Translations under genes and position numbers: made by a program
Source of the DNA: a virus
Taxonomy: Duplodnaviria > Heunggongvirae > Uroviricota > Caudoviricetes
Length of the DNA: 33,032 bases
Reading direction: 5' to 3' (one strand)
IMG/VR virus record: IMGVR_UViG_3300032018_000003
The notes under the pieces: generated by a model
Told to the model about the DNA's origin: nothing
What the model saw: only the letters and a program-made list of their open reading frames with translations
Databases searched by the model: none
Shown here: positions 32,501 to 33,032 of the stretch, in pieces
How positions within the stretch are numbered: the first letter of the stretch is position 1
Layout of the letters: the number at the start of each line of letters is the position of its first letter

Positions 32501-32752
32501 TTATCTAAACACCTTTTTTATTTTTCTTTCCATTTTATATAACCATGTTTTTTCACGTTCTGAATGATGTTTTAGATTATCTACGACGTAATTAAATATA
32601 ATTTTTTCACATTGTTTGAAACTATAACGTCTATCGTAAGTATTGCTTATGTTTTCTAAATAAGTATTAAAACAATCATCTCTTAAATATTGTGGTAGTG
32701 TTTTATCTGTCAATAAATCTTCTATTCCGTTATATGTTGTTAATCTGCTCAT
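32501..32752 (-). CDS. Hypothetical protein
   Basis: 83 aa, SD GAGGT. Confidence 0.55.
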   Translation of the reverse strand: MSRLTTYNGIEDLLTDKTLPQYLRDDCFNTYLENISNTYDRRYSFKQCEKIIFNYVVDNLKHHSEREKTWLYKMERKIKKVFR

Positions 32753-32755
32753 TTT

Positions 32756-32980
32756 TTAATAACCTCTAATATATTTTAAACATAATTCTGATTTACCTAT
32801 TCTTCTTTTAGTATAATCCTGTTCCATTTGATATGGAAACAATCCGTTTATATCTTGATTACACGCAGTTGGTAGTTTAGTCCATATCATAGTGTATAAA
32901 TCTAATTTATGTTGTTCGCAATATTCTATAGCTGCGATTTGGTTCTTATGTTCTTCTATTTTCAATATGTCGTTTATCAT
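32756..32980 (-). CDS. Hypothetical protein
   Basis: 74 aa, tightly packed operon. Confidence 0.5.
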   Translation of the reverse strand: MINDILKIEEHKNQIAAIEYCEQHKLDLYTMIWTKLPTACNQDINGLFPYQMEQDYTKRRIGKSELCLKYIRGY

Positions 32981-33032
32981 TATTGTTTCACTTCCTTTTT
33001 ATTCATCATTTTCTTGATACTTCTTTATTATT

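Noticed and set aside
1-33032. Borg or mini-Borg identity (AT-rich, tandem repeats, glycosyltransferases, tRNAs, strand-biased arms)
   Set aside because: Only one tandem repeat array was seen, and no methanotroph-type metabolic or multiheme genes. The gene content looks more virion-like. It cannot be excluded without the full replicon.
1-33032. Bacteriophage or cellular chromosome origin
   Set aside because: The BHB intron, C1:G72 short-arm tRNA-Tyr and TATA/BRE promoters argue against a bacterial host. The absence of housekeeping genes, dense small ORFs and degenerate clustered tRNAs argue against a chromosome.

Overview
A strongly AT-rich, gene-dense 33-kb segment of what is most likely a large archaeal virus, or a virus-like extrachromosomal element. 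The archaeal assignment rests on BRE/TATA promoters, oligo-T terminators, GGTGA/GGAGG Shine-Dalgarno sites, a bulge-helix-bulge tRNA intron, and archaeal tRNA identity elements. Positions 1-25.5 kb are transcribed on + and 25.5-33 kb on -, converging just after the tRNA cluster. The + arm holds membrane and low-complexity putative virion proteins and a separately transcribed 74-aa two-helix protein resembling spindle-shaped-virus major capsid proteins. It also holds a GtrA + ALG5-like + ALG10-like glucosylation cassette, HTH genes, a tyrosine recombinase, two large sequon-rich surface proteins (collagen-like/VNTR and a 1550-aa beta-helix), a small basic-protein operon and a DUF2829/PTH2-like fusion. 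The arm ends in 24 tRNA genes interrupted by an HNH nuclease. The - arm holds small accessory genes: a metallophosphoesterase, a second HNH, paralogous membrane proteins, and a beta-class DNA methyltransferase. Main highlights: (1) the 24 tRNAs are exactly one per codon box, a non-redundant minimal set for all 61 sense codons if U34 superwobbles; (2) 8 of the 24 tRNAs have rewired D-loop/T-loop elbow contacts, with D/T-loop covariation holding in all 24; (3) a clear homolog of eukaryotic ALG10 sits in a gtr-like cassette; (4) a structured RNA element heads each of the two tRNA transcription units. All family calls come from motif recognition by eye, with no database searches run.
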